Notes: generated by a model from the sequence alone, not told the origin. 63,621 nucleotides of DNA, filler included, from Octopus bimaculoides (GCF_001194135.2; 5 parts of 5 records of this genome joined end to end with filler, not necessarily neighbours in it); one strand, 5' to 3'. Shown: positions 48,272 through 61,545, numbered from the whole stretch's first letter. Made by a program: numbers and translations.

Positions 48272-48519
48272 TGTGAAGGCGCATGGCTTATTGTTAGGAC
48301 ATTCGGCTCACGGTCGTGAGATCATGAATTTGATTCCTGACGGCGTATTGCTACCTTAAGCAAGACATTGTATTCCGAGTTGCTCCAGTCCGAGAACTAT
48401 GTTAAGGGTACATGTGTCTGTGGATTGCTCAGCCACTTGCACGTTAACTTCACGGGCAGACTGTTTCGTAGATCGGATTAACTGGAACCCACGCTGTCCG
48501 TCGTAATTGACGGACTGCC
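48272..48519 (+). mobile_element. SINE with a different tRNA-like head but a family C 3' tail
   Basis: Head gaaggcgcatggcttattgttagg...tttgattcc; tail 48391-48519 homologous to family C. Confidence 0.7.
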
Positions 48520-48536
48520 GGCTGCATCAGGACAGG

Positions 48537-48915
48537 TGTGTGTTGGCACTCCGTCGCTTACCACGTCGAGGATTCCAGTTAATCCGATCAACGGAACACC
48601 CTGAAATTAACATGCAAGTGGCTGAGCACTCCACAGACACGTGTACCCTTAACGTAGTTCTCGGGGATATTCAGCGTGATACAGTGTGACAAGGCTGACC
48701 CTTTGAAATACAGGCACAACAGAAACAGGAAGTAAGAGTGAGAGAAAGTTGTGGTGAAAGAGTACAGCAGGGTTCGCCACCATCCCCTGCCGGAGCCTCG
48801 TGGAGCTTTAGGTGTTCTCGCTCGATAAACACTCACAACGCCCGGTCTGCGAATCGAATCCGCGATCCTATGACCGCGAGTCCGCTGCCCTAACCACTGG
48901 GCCATTGCGCCTCCA
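48537..48915 (-). mobile_element. SINE family C with 12-bp TSD
   Basis: CATCAGGACAGG at 48525-48536 and 48916-48927. Confidence 0.93.
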
Positions 48916-49661
48916 CATCAGGACAGGACACATTAGATAATGTAAGACTGAAAAAGGTGGGATGGGTATGGCTGGAATGTCTTTGGTCATATGTCTGTTT
49001 GATGAGGGTGGGCGTGGTGCTATTACTACTCTGCTACCACCACCACCACAACGCAACCTCCTCACCTCCAATACCACAATATCACCGCCGCCACCACTAC
49101 TGTATTCAACAGTCTTCTTTATGTTGAATATATAAACATCTCAGGCTAATAAATATCTAAGGCTAATAAAACATAAATCTATCGGTTTCTCAGCTACCAT
49201 CATTGTAACCACCGTCGTTACCAAATCCAACACCATCACCGTCACCATCATCATCACATCTACAACCATTGATCCTATTCTACAATTTGGGCTACCATCT
49301 CGCATCACGACTACTACCACCCTCTTACCTCGTCATCACTATCACCACCACCACCACTACCACAACCACCACCACTACCACCGTGTCTACTTTCACAGAA
49401 ATCGCCAGTGTGACACCATACCCCCAACATCTGTACTATCTAAGTCCACATGGTTACCATTGCCTTGTAGCACCACTTGCCCATCATCGGTTTGTGACGT
49501 CTTGACGACGTGATGTCGTGACTAGGAAAGATCGTCAGTTACTTGCCTAACGAGTTAAGTACCTTTATTTTCATCAAAGCATCAACGCCCAAAGTACACC
49601 ACCCCTACGTACCCACTCATCCACCAAAAGTCACCTCTAGTAACAACTTTATATCATAGTT

Positions 49662-50075
49662 TGCGCAGGAGTGGCTGTGTGGTATGTAGCTTGCTTACCA
49701 ACCACATGGTTCCGGGTTCAGTCCTACTGCGTAGCATCTTGGGCAAGTGTCTTCTACTATAGCCTTGGGCCGACCAAAGCCTCGTGAGTGGATTTGGTAG
49801 ATGGAAACTGAAAGAAGCCAGTCGTATATATGTATATATATGTGTGTGTGTGTGTGTGTGTGCTTGTGTGTTTGTGCGTCTGTGTTTGTACCCCTAGCAT
49901 TGCTTGACAACCGATGCTGGTGTGTTTATGTCCCTGTAACTTAGCGGTACGGCAAAAGAGAACGATAGAATAAGTACTAGGCTTACAAAGAATAAGTCCT
50001 GGGGTCGATTTGCTCGACTAAAGGCGGTGCTCCAGCATGGCCGCAGTCAAATAACTGAAACAAGTAAAAGACTAA
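49662..50075 (+). mobile_element. SINE family A
   Basis: Full-length, young-looking copy. Confidence 0.9.
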
Positions 50076-50488
50076 AGATTATTACCGAAATGGCCACAAA
50101 TGAATTCACTTCAGTCAAAAGAAAAATAAATAAATAAAATTAAAAAGTTAGCCTTTCCATTCCACTCAACCTATCGTTCTAACCAGCCATTTTAACCGAC
50201 GCACCAACCGGCCAACAAGCCAACCATTTAGAGATGCAACCAACCGACCAACTGGCCAGCCAGTCAACCAGCCAGCCAGTCAGCCGCCCAGTCAGTCAAC
50301 CAGCTAGCAAGACCGACCAACGGATTCCGATAGTTATCTGTTACGAACGATATGTTTCTATTCTCCACCAGACAAATGCTCAATTGAACATATCACATCT
50401 ATTAAATATCAAACTGGTAAGTGTTTGACAGGGGGTAATAACTGAATGGTTTCTTCACCACATATTTCCCACACATACACTAAACAGG

Positions 50489-50553
<65 letters not shown>

Positions 50554-50871
50554 CCCTCTCTCTCTCCCTCTCTCTCTTTCTCTCTCTCTCCCCCTCTCTC
50601 TCTTTCTGTCTCTCATTTACACACTCACGCACATACAAGCACATATGTAGACATAGATATGTGTGTTTGTGTATGGTATGGATACAAACATTGAAACACG
50701 CATATTGTGCTACGCCCGCTTTCTACGATTGTATTTTCCCGTATACTTCCGCACTAGCAACACACTTTAATTACACGTATTAACATGAAAATACACATCC
50801 ATACATCCATGCATACACACACATATATTTGTACACACACACACACATATATTTATACACACACACACATT

Positions 50872-51028
50872 CTTTTATTCTTTTATTTGTTTCAGTCATT
50901 TGACTGCGGCCATACTGGAGAACCACCTTTAGTCGAACAAATCGACCGCAGGACTCATTTTTTATAAGCCCAGTACTTATTCTATAGGTCAAACAATGGT
51001 AGGGGTGGGGGCCAAACACAGACGCTCA

Positions 51029-51101
<73 letters not shown>

Positions 51102-51262
51102 GACTGGCTTCTTTCTGTTACCGCCTACCAAATCCACTCACAAGGCTTTGGTCGGCCTGAGGCTATAGTAGAAGACTCTTGCCCAAGGTGCCACGCAGTG
51201 GGACTGAACCCGGAGTCATGTGGGTGGGAAGCAAGTTTCTTACCACTCATTCACGACTGCGC
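50872..51262 (-). mobile_element. SINE family A
   Basis: Homology; expanded internal (TA)n. Confidence 0.85.
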
Positions 51263-52129
51263 CTGTATGTATGTATGTATGTATGTATACATATGTATAC
51301 ATATGTGTATGTATATATTTTTAAATGTATGTATATATATATATATATGTGTATGCATTCACACACGCGCGCGCGCACATGCACTATACACATGTATACG
51401 AACACAGGCAATCAGGCAAAAACTTATGCAGATATATATACTCGCTAGTTCGCATAACTGTATACGCATACACAGAAAGGCTAAAGGTTAATAGCAAGAA
51501 AAAAAAAAAATAAAAGAGAATAAAGTGCAAATAACTAAAATTTAAAAAAAAACCCAGAAAGAATGAAAGAAGAGCATTAATGTAATATACAATCGAAAAC
51601 AACCAAAAAATAATATGTAAATAAGACTTCTTTCTCGAATGTTCTAGATTTCTAGAATTCTGTGAGGACGGAACAAAAACAAACAGAAAATCTCCAAACA
51701 AAATATAAAAAAGAAAGAAAGAAAGAAGGAAGGAAGGAAAGAAAATGAAAGAAAGGAAAAACAAAGCATGAATAAACCAACAAATTAGCAACAAAGAGAC
51801 AAACAAGTAAATAAGCCAATAATGATTGCAAACAAATAAAGTAAATGAGGAAAAAATGGAAATAAATAGATTAAAAAAAAAACACCAAACAAAGCAAACA
51901 ACTAAAACAAAAATATAAAATAAATGAATAAGTGAAACAAGAAAGTGATATGGTTTTCTGATTCGAAGTCGCCATTTTTAAAAGCAAATTCGTTGCCTGT
52001 ACAGTCATTATCCATTTTCGGTCTTGGAGAGAATATATCAACTGTTTTGGAGGCGGGATTGTCAAAACAATTTTTTGTCTCGACTGCTTCGCTCAAGTAA
52101 ATTCTCGCAATTCCCCACCACTTAAACTT

Positions 52130-52131
52130 TC

Positions 52132-52178
<47 letters not shown>

Positions 52179-52385
52179 TATCATCATCATCATCAGAACC
52201 AACGACGCCAACACCAAAATCAGCGACGACGACGACATCAACAACAACAACAACAACAACAACGACAACGACAATAACACAATAGCACCTTCGTTATCAT
52301 CACTGCTAACACGAACACTGTATCATCCTATTCATCCCTCCCCCCACATGCACTTCTTCCTCCTCCTCCACCTCTTCATCATCAC

Positions 52386-52417
<32 letters not shown>

Positions 52418-52900
52418 CCACCACCAAAACCACCACCACCAGCACCACCATCACCATCATGATCATCATCAACATCATCATTACAACACCCACCATGACC
52501 ATCATCATTTTCTCTGTTACCGCCACCATTACCACACCGCCGCCGCCGCTACTGCTACTATTATCAGTAACACTAGCAACATCGCAACTCCATAGCAAAT
52601 ATCACTGTTATCGTCAGCTTCATCAGCACATCACCATTATCATCATCATCATTGCAACCATAACCATCACCACCACCACCACCACCACCACCACCACCAC
52701 CACCATCACCATCATCATCAGTATCACAAGCATTATCTTCATAATAATCGTCGTCATCGTCGTCGCCCTCATCACCGTCAACAGCTGCAACATTGTCGTC
52801 TTTCTCGTCGTCATCCTTATCCTCATCATCAGCATCATCACCATCAGCAACATAAGCAGCAGTAGCCACAGCAGCAACAGAAGTTACAACATCACTACGA
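52130..52900. repeat. Compound (CAT/CAC/CAA/CAG)n block
   Basis: Seen directly. Confidence 0.95.
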
Positions 52901-52924
52901 CCAACAAGTATTCCTTTCTTCTTT

Positions 52925-53125
52925 TCTTCTATAGGCACAAGGCCTGAACTTTTGGTGGGGATGGATGTTGATGACATCAACCCCAGTACGCAACTGGTAC
53001 TTAATTTATCGACCCTGAAAGGATAAAATGCAAAGTCGACCACGACAGCATTTGAACTCAGAACGTAGCAGCAGACGAAATACTGCTAAGCATTTCACCC
53101 ACCGTGCTAACGATTCTGCCAGCTC
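52925..53125 (-). mobile_element. SINE family B
   Basis: Near-complete reverse copy. Confidence 0.88.
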
Positions 53126-53650
53126 GTCATTTTACAACCAAATAATATTAACCTGTCTAAAACGGAGCTAATAGACAGCTGCTACATGATGGAAATAGAA
53201 GCCAAATCATCTGCAAATCGCATCATGCTTCGTTATATAACGAGAGGTTACATCAAATGACAGTCTTACTTATTGTTACAACGACTGATTTGCTTGCGGC
53301 CAGAATGCCTTTACTAATTAGTTAACTCATTACCGGCTGATCTGCTGCTAATCAACCATCACGACAATCCTCACTAACTAAAAGCCAGCCTTGAGGACAC
53401 GTAAATTAATCGTTTCTACTATAGGCACAAGGTCTATATATATATATATATNNNNNNNNNNNNNNNNNNNNNNNNNNNNNNNNNNNNNNNNNNNNNNNNN
53501 NNNNNNNNNNNNNNNNNNNNNNNNNNNNNNNNNNNNNNNNNNNNNNNNNNNNNNNNNNNNNNNNNNNNNNNNNNNNNNNNNNNNNNNNNNNNNNNNNNNN
53601 NNNNNNNNNNNNNNNNNNNNNNNNNNNNNNNNNNNNNNNNNNNNNNNNNN

Positions 53651-53729
<79 letters not shown>

Positions 53730-54499
53730 TATGTAGTAGAGGTGAACTCCAGGTCAAAATTCCTGCGCCTATTAATATAGCGTAACTTCTAACTCCCACA
53801 AAACACTTTATTCATTCTGCTTGTTGATTTCTTCAGTTTTATTTCGAAGCAGCGAAGATGAGGGCCCTGATGAAACTGTACTGACCATGATGCTAGGTTG
53901 CATGTCCAGCAGTATACAATGGCTTCAGTTTAAATACGAGTATGTCCCGAAAATAGGTTGTAAATAGCTGTTAAATAAAATTATGGATGTGGAATATCTC
54001 TGTTCCCCTTATCATTATTAATACTACACACACACACATATGTATATGTATATTTATATTCATATTTGTGTGTGTGTATGTGTTAAACTAAAACTTAAAG
54101 TTTGTCTGTTTTCCTGGCATTTGATTAAGATGATAAAAATTACAAATAAAATAGTCAATTCACCCTTCAAGAAAAAATAAATGATATTGATAATGTTGGC
54201 ACTTCAAAGAACTGTGGCAGCTAACGCCGTCCGTCCTTTTTCTTGACTGTCTTTTTTTTCTGAATCGTTTATACAACTTTCGAGTGCCGTAGGCTGAAAG
54301 ATATAAATTCTCCCTATATTTTTCATGAGATTTTTTGAATCACGGTTACTTGAATTTTTTTATCTTAAAGGAGAAAATTACTGTTTTATTTTAAATGAAA
54401 TATCCATCTTTATCATCTTAATCAACAGGCAGAAAAACTGACAGAGAGAATCTCTTTATAGCTGAAGATCACTTGCAATGAGAGGAGTTGAATCGCATA

Positions 54500-55196
54500 A
54501 GAATACAAAGCCAAACAACAACAAATAGGTTGTACCTTAGAATAAAATTCTTTTAAGAGCATTCAAATGCTACTGCATCGTTGAAATAGTTACCTCAGGG
54601 AGGTAAATAAAGTATGTCGTCAAGTACATGCTGCAAGGAAATTACCAATCTGCTGATCAAACAAAGAATGATAACAAAATTAATCAATGTCTAATAGGTA
54701 GGTTTAATGGACTATCCGAAGCAGTTGCATCCATTTTAGGATTTTCAATTCACGAAAGAGCCCCTGCAATAGCGAGACTGCAATTTCATCTCCAAGATGA
54801 ACAAAGGATATTGCTCGGAAATAATGAGGATATATATGGCTGGCAATGAATGACATATGAGAACAACATTTTTTTTTCTCAGTGCATCAATGATGACTTG
54901 GCAAAAACATTAATTTACGTAGAAGTGCCCATGTATTTCATTTGGAACAGTAGTAATAAAGAATGGTAAAAAAGAAAGCAAGGAAAAAAGTTGAAGATCA
55001 TTGGAACGTTTTCAAAGAAGAAACACTTTGTCGCGTTTATGTTGTTACACCAAGGGTAGGAGAACTGTATTATTTCCTAATTTTTTAAATGAAGTTCGAA
55101 ATAGCAATTTTTCCTTTTCCGACGCGCATCGACATGTTCAGCTTGGAATGGTTGTGACCCAACAGGTTACGGGTCACGGGACCTGGGTACGTCTAG
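54500..55196 (+). mobile_element. Internally deleted Helitron (Rep-domain remnant with 3' hairpin and CTAG)
   Basis: VVP*N...IVE, IKYVVKY, GRFNGLSEAVASILGFSIHERAPAIARLQFHL, TLIYVEVPMYFIWN. Hairpin gtgaccc/gggtcac at 55154-55177 and CTAG at 55193-55196. Confidence 0.85.
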
Positions 55197-55218
55197 CATA
55201 TATGTATATATATACATA

Positions 55219-55249
<31 letters not shown>

Positions 55250-55589
55250 NNNNNNNNNNNNNNNNNNNNNNNNNNNNNNNNNNNNNNNNNNNNNNNNNNN
55301 NNNNNNNNNNNNNNNNNNNNNNNNNNNNNNNNNNNNNNNNNNNNNNNNNNNNNNNNNNNNNNNNNNNNNNNNNNNNNNNNNNNNNNNNNNNNNNNNNNNN
55401 NNNNNNNNNNNNNTATATAAGCACACACACACAAACATACATACATACATACATACATACAAACAGACATACATACATACACAAACTCATGCACCTCACC
55501 TCACAAGCACAGACTACATAGTCTTTTTTTTTTCTGAGACTAACAAACAGTAGCTACAACAGTGACTACAATGCTGCCATCACCTTCTA

Positions 55590-55800
55590 AATATTAATGA
55601 AAATTTTCACCCGACATTCCTTCTTTACTAACAAGAAGCCTAAAACATTTGCATTCATATTTGTTTTTTCATCGTTAAATGTATTGATGAAGTTATTAGT
55701 TCTACATATTACGTTTCTTAATACACGACAATTTGCAATTTCACCCAACAGTTTTCTGTCTTCACACGCTTTCTTCAATGGGCTTGTGGAGAGTATTCTA
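55590..55800 (-). mobile_element. Probable inverted Helitron Rep-Hel linker fragment
   Basis: KKACEDRKLLGE and ICRTNNFINTFNDEKTNMNANVL align by eye with the Helitron EACxxLGLL and TCxPSNPxxLWxKYKxxMxEDIL motifs. Confidence 0.45.
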
Positions 55801-55979
55801 GCTTAACAAATAACACTGATCTCTGATATGTTCTTTCTTTTCGAAACGTTAAAGTTTAAATTGAAAGTATTTAATTGCTTCTCCTATAGACAGATGAAGC
55901 AAATGTATCGAGACTCCGCACTTTAGTCAATCATAACACCAAACAGAGATTATCAAGGTAGATATATCAAGAAAAATTT

Positions 55980-56394
55980 GGCGTAGAAGTAGCTGTGTTG
56001 TAAGTAGCATGCTTACGAACTACATGGTTCCGGTTTCAGTCCCACTGCGTGGCACCTTGGGCAAGTGTCTTCTACTTTAGCTTCGGGCCGATCAAAGCCT
56101 TGTGAGTGGATTTGGTAGACGGAAACTCAAAGAAGCCCGTCGTATATATATATATATATNNNNNNNNNNNNNNNNNNNNNNNNNNNNNNNNNNNNNNNNN
56201 NNNNNNNNNNNNNNNNNNNNNNNNNNNNNNNNNNNNNNNNNNNNNNNNNNNNNNNNNNNNNNNNNNNNNNNNNNNNNNNNNNNNNNNNNNNNNNNNNNNN
56301 NNNNNNNNNNNNNNNNNNNNNNNNNNNNNNNNNNNNNNNNNNNNNNNNNNNNNNNNNNNNNNNNNNNNNNNNNNNNNNNNNNNNNNNNNNNNNN

Positions 56395-56426
<32 letters not shown>

Positions 56427-56685
56427 TGTGTGTGTGTGTGCGTGTATGTATGTATGTGTATATGTTTGTGTGTCTGTGTTCGTCCCCCCAACAACATTTG
56501 ACAACCGACGCTGGGGTGTCTACGTCCCCGTAACTTAGCGGTTCGGCAAAAAGAGTCCGATAGAATAAGTACTAGGCTTACAAAGAATAAGTCCTGGGGT
56601 TGATTTGCTCGACTAAAGGCGGTGCTCCAGCATGGCCGCAGTCAAATGACTGAAACGAGTAAAAGAGTAAAAGAGTAAAGAGTAA
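55980..56685 (+). mobile_element. SINE family A (assembly gap in its internal microsatellite)
   Basis: 5' half before and 3' half after the N run 56160-56394. Confidence 0.9.
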
Positions 56686-57121
56686 CTCTACTTTTCCCCA
56701 ACGCAAGAGGTGAGATTTCTATTTGATACACAAAATGATACACAAAATAATTAATGTTATTCCTAGAAAAAATGTTCAGTGCTACAAATCCTCAACGTGT
56801 TGCAAGTATTTGAGCTCTTCCGTTTTCAAGCAAGCGAGCGTTCATTAAATTAGATACCATCAAGAGGTATCTATTTGAATTAAGGCTAGCTAAGTAGTCA
56901 AGAAAAAGTGAATTATTAGATTTGGTGACTGAGTGTACGGTGGTTACAGGATATATGACTTCTACTCCTTCAGTCTGATACGCTGATTAACCTATTGATT
57001 TGTCCATCGTTTCGTTGAGCATCACATTAATTTTCTGTAATATCACATCTATCGTTTGACGTGATGTGTAAGGAGCATTCTATATAGTCGCTCAATCGAC
57101 TGGTAATGTTAGTCTCATCTT

Positions 57122-57320
57122 AGGCGATGAGATGGCAGAATCGTTAGCACACCGGGCAAAACACTCAGAGGCATTTCTTCTGTCTTCGCGCTCTCAGTTC
57201 AAATTCTGCCTCGGTCAAGTTTGCCTTTCATCCTTTCGAGATCGATAAAATAAGTACCAGTTGAGCATTGTGGCCGATGCAATCAAATTAACCCCTTTTG
57301 CCAAATTACTGGCCTTGTAC
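57122..57320 (+). mobile_element. SINE family B
   Basis: aggcgatgagatggcagaatcgttagc... head plus core. Confidence 0.85.
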
Positions 57321-58199
57321 CAGAGTTTGAAAAATTAATATTAATCACACTTTCCTTTTATCGCACACTAACAATCTTTAATAAGGAAGTGGAGAACATT
57401 GGATAATTTAGTCTTAGAGGGAAATATAGTTGCTATTTTTAGCAAACCGACATCCTTAATAGAAGCTGCATGTGGCGTGGTATGCTGAGGTATGATTTAT
57501 CGTATTATATAAGGATATAGTGTTTTAGAGACAGCATTGAAAAGCAGAGCGTTAATACAATCTGTGTGGCGGAGCAGAGCACAGTTTAATAGATTTTATT
57601 ATGGTAGAGTTGTTATGATATCGGTTGCTCCCTCGGCCTGTGTCGTGTTGTATTTTCTTTCGGGTATTTTATTTCTATTTTCTCTTATCTTATTACTTCA
57701 TTTTATTTATGCACGTGCCTTAAAATAATACAAATTAGATGGCATAGAGAAATTGTAAAAGAAAACAGCACGCTGGCACATAAACATGCCCAGTATTACC
57801 ACGACAAACATTGCATAATAATATATAAGTACTTTACTACCTCAACCGGAAAAACAAAAANNNNNNNNNNNNNNNNNNNNNNNNNNNNNNNNNNNNNNNN
57901 NNNNTTAATTAATTAANNNNNNNNNNNNNNNNNNNNNNNNNNNNNNNNNNNNNNNNNNNNGAAATTCAAATATTCTTCGTGCATTGGTAGGTGCACGTGA
58001 AACAGTTTACATTGTGAATACTTATTTTATCGACGCCAGATATGTTGAAACGTTAGTTGACACTAGCGAGATTACGAACTCGAACATAAACGACAGAAAT
58101 CAAAAGAAAAAAAAAACACATTTAAAAAAAATCCACCAGATTTTCTACCTAGTATTTGTTGACTCCAATACCAGGATGGTTGTTACAAATGGAATAAGT

Positions 58200-58263
58200 A
58201 CACAAAAATGACACTTATTATGATGCGGATGATGATGATGATGACGACGACGACGACGACGAC

Positions 58264-58303
<40 letters not shown>

Positions 58304-58418
58304 CTGTTGTTGTTGTTGGTGGTGGTGGTAGTGGCGATGATGAAGATGACAACGACGGTGGTAGTGCTGTTGTTGTTTCTGTTACTGTTGCTGGTCTTGA
58401 TGATGATGGCGATTATGT

Positions 58419-58466
<48 letters not shown>

Positions 58467-58500
58467 GGGTGATGATGATGGTGATGATGATGTGGCAAAA
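58200..58500. repeat. Compound (GAT/GAC/GTT)n block
   Basis: Seen directly. Confidence 0.95.
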
Positions 58501-59860
58501 CACGAATCAGTATGGACAGAGGATGACTGATAGTTAACAGGGAAGGAACTCGTCCTGAGAAATTGCAGAAAATGGGAAAGAAAGAACTAAAGAATATTGA
58601 AAGGGAGTAAAAGAGAAAACGGAAGGATGTGAGATAATATTATTAGTAAAGAAAATCAAATGCGAGAATATGTGAGAAAATCAAATGCGATAATCTAGAT
58701 TAAGGCAACCGTTTTGTATAGAGCTTGTTCAAACTAATACATAATGATATCTGTGGAATTAATTTCCCATTGACAATCAGACATTTTAAGATGGCGGCTT
58801 TGTATAATGTGACAGCCTGTCGCATCTGATAGTTGCTTACAAGACGTAACATAACTACGTCTATGACAGTGCACATGCCAATCATGTCATCTGACTGTGT
58901 TAGGCTGCATGTTCTTGAGATGGAATTGATGCGGAGTAAATTGCACAAATAGAGAGAAAGGAAGATCGATAGATGTATGAGCAACATTTTCAGAAAGATC
59001 GAGATTTAGTAGGAAATGCATGGTAGTAGAACATCACAAAATCATGTGTAACTTTATGCAATTTCTCCAACAATGATGAAGGCGATGTGGTCCATGTTTA
59101 TGCAGAAATGTTTTAGTATGATGGGTTCTGTTGGAAAAAAATAAACAAATTGGGTGAGAAATCCCAAGGGCAGAAATACTGAGAGGTATTTCCTGTAAGA
59201 TTTATTAGTTAAGACATAGAACTTTTGAAGCGTGTGTTAGGAATATGCTACAGTAGTAACTGTATGCAAAATTCCGGACTCAAGGCCATAAATTTCGTGG
59301 CGATAACGAATGTAATCGAAATAAGAAATGATACGTCTGTAACCGGATGGCTGTAGCATCTTCGTGGTGTTTCTGGTACTTCAGTGGCTGTATTTCACAA
59401 CGTGTGTGATCTGCTTCTTTTTTTCTACCATATAGCTTCAGTTCCACGAACATCTATGATGTTTGTATGGATATACGTTATTCTTTAGCCGCATGTGATA
59501 CCAGATCGAGAACTATGAACAAAAGTCTCCCAACTGTAGATATCCTTTCTTTAACGTTTAGATATAAAAATATCTAGGACTCCATTATACAGTATATCCT
59601 CCCAATGGTACCACAGATGGATGTGACATAATTGACAATTGACTTTTTCTCCTGCGACACTATAAAGGCGCTTTCTATATTGGATATGTGAGGTATGTAT
59701 GCTAATGCAAGTGAAGGTGAGAAAGACCATAACTTTGTAGCGAGCAAGAAAGATAAACGAAAATTTAAGTATATAGATGTTCACGTATATGTTTGTATGT
59801 ATGTATGTATGTATGAATGTATGTATGTATGTATGTATATATGTATGTATGTATGTATGT

Positions 59861-61035
59861 CATTATTCAATTTATTTCAAGATTTCTTGCCAATAGAGAA
59901 AGAACCGGTTTCTAACCTAGATCCAAGGTTCCTTCACTGGAATTTCAATATCAACAACAGGTTATGTGTGTATATATGTATGTGTGTATGTATGTGCAGA
60001 TTTGCATATTTTATGTACGTATTCTCATGCATATATTTGCATATCTAGACATCACATATATGTTTAAATGATAAACTTCTGGAAAGTTTTACAGATTTTT
60101 ACAGTTCTAGTGATGGAATAGATTTGTAAACTTCGAATTAGTTTTCTCCTTTTTGGTTTTGAGAAGGCTAATTTCTCAAGATTGGTATTTAGGTCTTACA
60201 AATCCCAGCGCCTCTATAATTACAAGTGTTAACCTGAACTTGTAATGTGGATATAGTAACTGCAGATATTTCAATAGTTAAGCATAGGTGTTCTTTCTAC
60301 TGACCTTCAGCTTTGTGTTAACATCCGCTGGGCAGCTAATTTCCGCAACTGTGCACAGTTTCTCTTCTCTATCCCAAATCATTTTTTCTGGTCTGTTGTG
60401 CTTACATATTGTTGAGGTCTTCACTGGTACATACCACCAGTATTCCTTTTTAATATGAGTGGCTATGGCTTCTACCACACTGTGGGTTCTTATTGTTTGT
60501 CCTCGGGATTATCCTTCCGACGGATTTTATTACAGAGTGTCCTAGCTACAACGTCATTTCTCATCGGTGATGACATTTTTGGACAACTGCTTATGATGTG
60601 GGTGATATCTTCTGTGCGAACTCCACAAAGTCTGCATCGGTTGTTACATTTTACATCTCTGTCACTTTTGTGCATCAGGTAATTGGTTGATATTTCCTCT
60701 TCCTGGATTCCAAACGCATACCCTTCAAATTGGGAGATAGTAATCTGGCTATTGGTCCATGATAAACTGCTTTGATGATCGATGTTACTATTATCACAGA
60801 GTTTTCTACTAACATATTCATGTATGGACTCTGCTCTTATAGGCTCATCCTTTCATCTGATGATACATTGCAGTAGAGTCGTATGACTTCTTTGTGAATG
60901 TATTATAGGTTATTAGACAAAGAGATGCTCAGGGAGATGTCTTCCAAGTGTTACGATGTTATCAGCCACATTTATAGAAACTCGGTCAAGAGATAGACGT
61001 CCGAACTTGGTGTTGAAAAGATGTTGCCGAAGGAC
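59861..61035 (-). mobile_element. 5'-truncated REL-type (R4-like) LINE of a second family, embedded in (ATAC)n
   Basis: CRLCGVRTEDITHIISSCPKMS...DVVAR, RPEKMIWD...EISCPAD, LVIIEALGFV; (TATG)n on both flanks (59770-59860 and 61036-61100). Confidence 0.88.
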
Positions 61036-61376
61036 TGTATGTATGTATGTATGTATGTATGTATATAATGTATGTACGTATGTATGTAGGTATGTATGTA
61101 CGTACGAACTGTCTTGGTTATGTATTTAATTCCTCACCAATAGTTATAAACCCGGCTTTTTGCTTAGAAATAAGAAATTTTCACTGGAATTTGTACATCA
61201 TGAAACCGGATAGACTTTTATGTGTGTGTGTGCGTTAGCTAGCTGGTATATGCATTTCGTCTATCTTTGAGTTCTAAGTTCAAACTCTGCCGAACTCAAC
61301 TTTGCCTACGTTGAAATGGAATTGAAAATAATTTTCAATACAATAAACATTAAGAGTGACCTTAAGTAATATTTTA

Positions 61377-61545
61377 GGCGCGGGAGTGGCTGTGTGGTAA
61401 GTAGCTTGCTTACCAACCACATGGTTCTGGGTTCAGTTCCACTGCGTGGCACCTTGGGCGAGTGTCTTCCACTATAGCCTCGGGCCGGCCAAAGCCTTGT
61501 GAGTGGATTTGGTAGACGGAAACTGAAAGAAGCCCGTCGTATATA
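61377..61545 (+). mobile_element. SINE family A, 5' half (cut by a scaffold join)
   Basis: Near-consensus head. Confidence 0.88.

Noticed and set aside
51902-52096. Minus-strand ORF MSEAVETKNCFDNP...FKNGDFESE
   Set aside because: Protein-like composition, but no donor, no recognisable domain, and the antisense frame is equally open.
53867-53975. CTGATGA followed by GAAAAT, as a possible hammerhead
   Set aside because: No adjacent stem II or stem I complementarity and no GAAAC-N4-GTH layout.
57433-57490. Candidate plus-strand exon KPTSLIEAACGV
   Set aside because: The acceptor lies within a sequence resembling a common interspersed repeat, and such short phase matches arise by chance.
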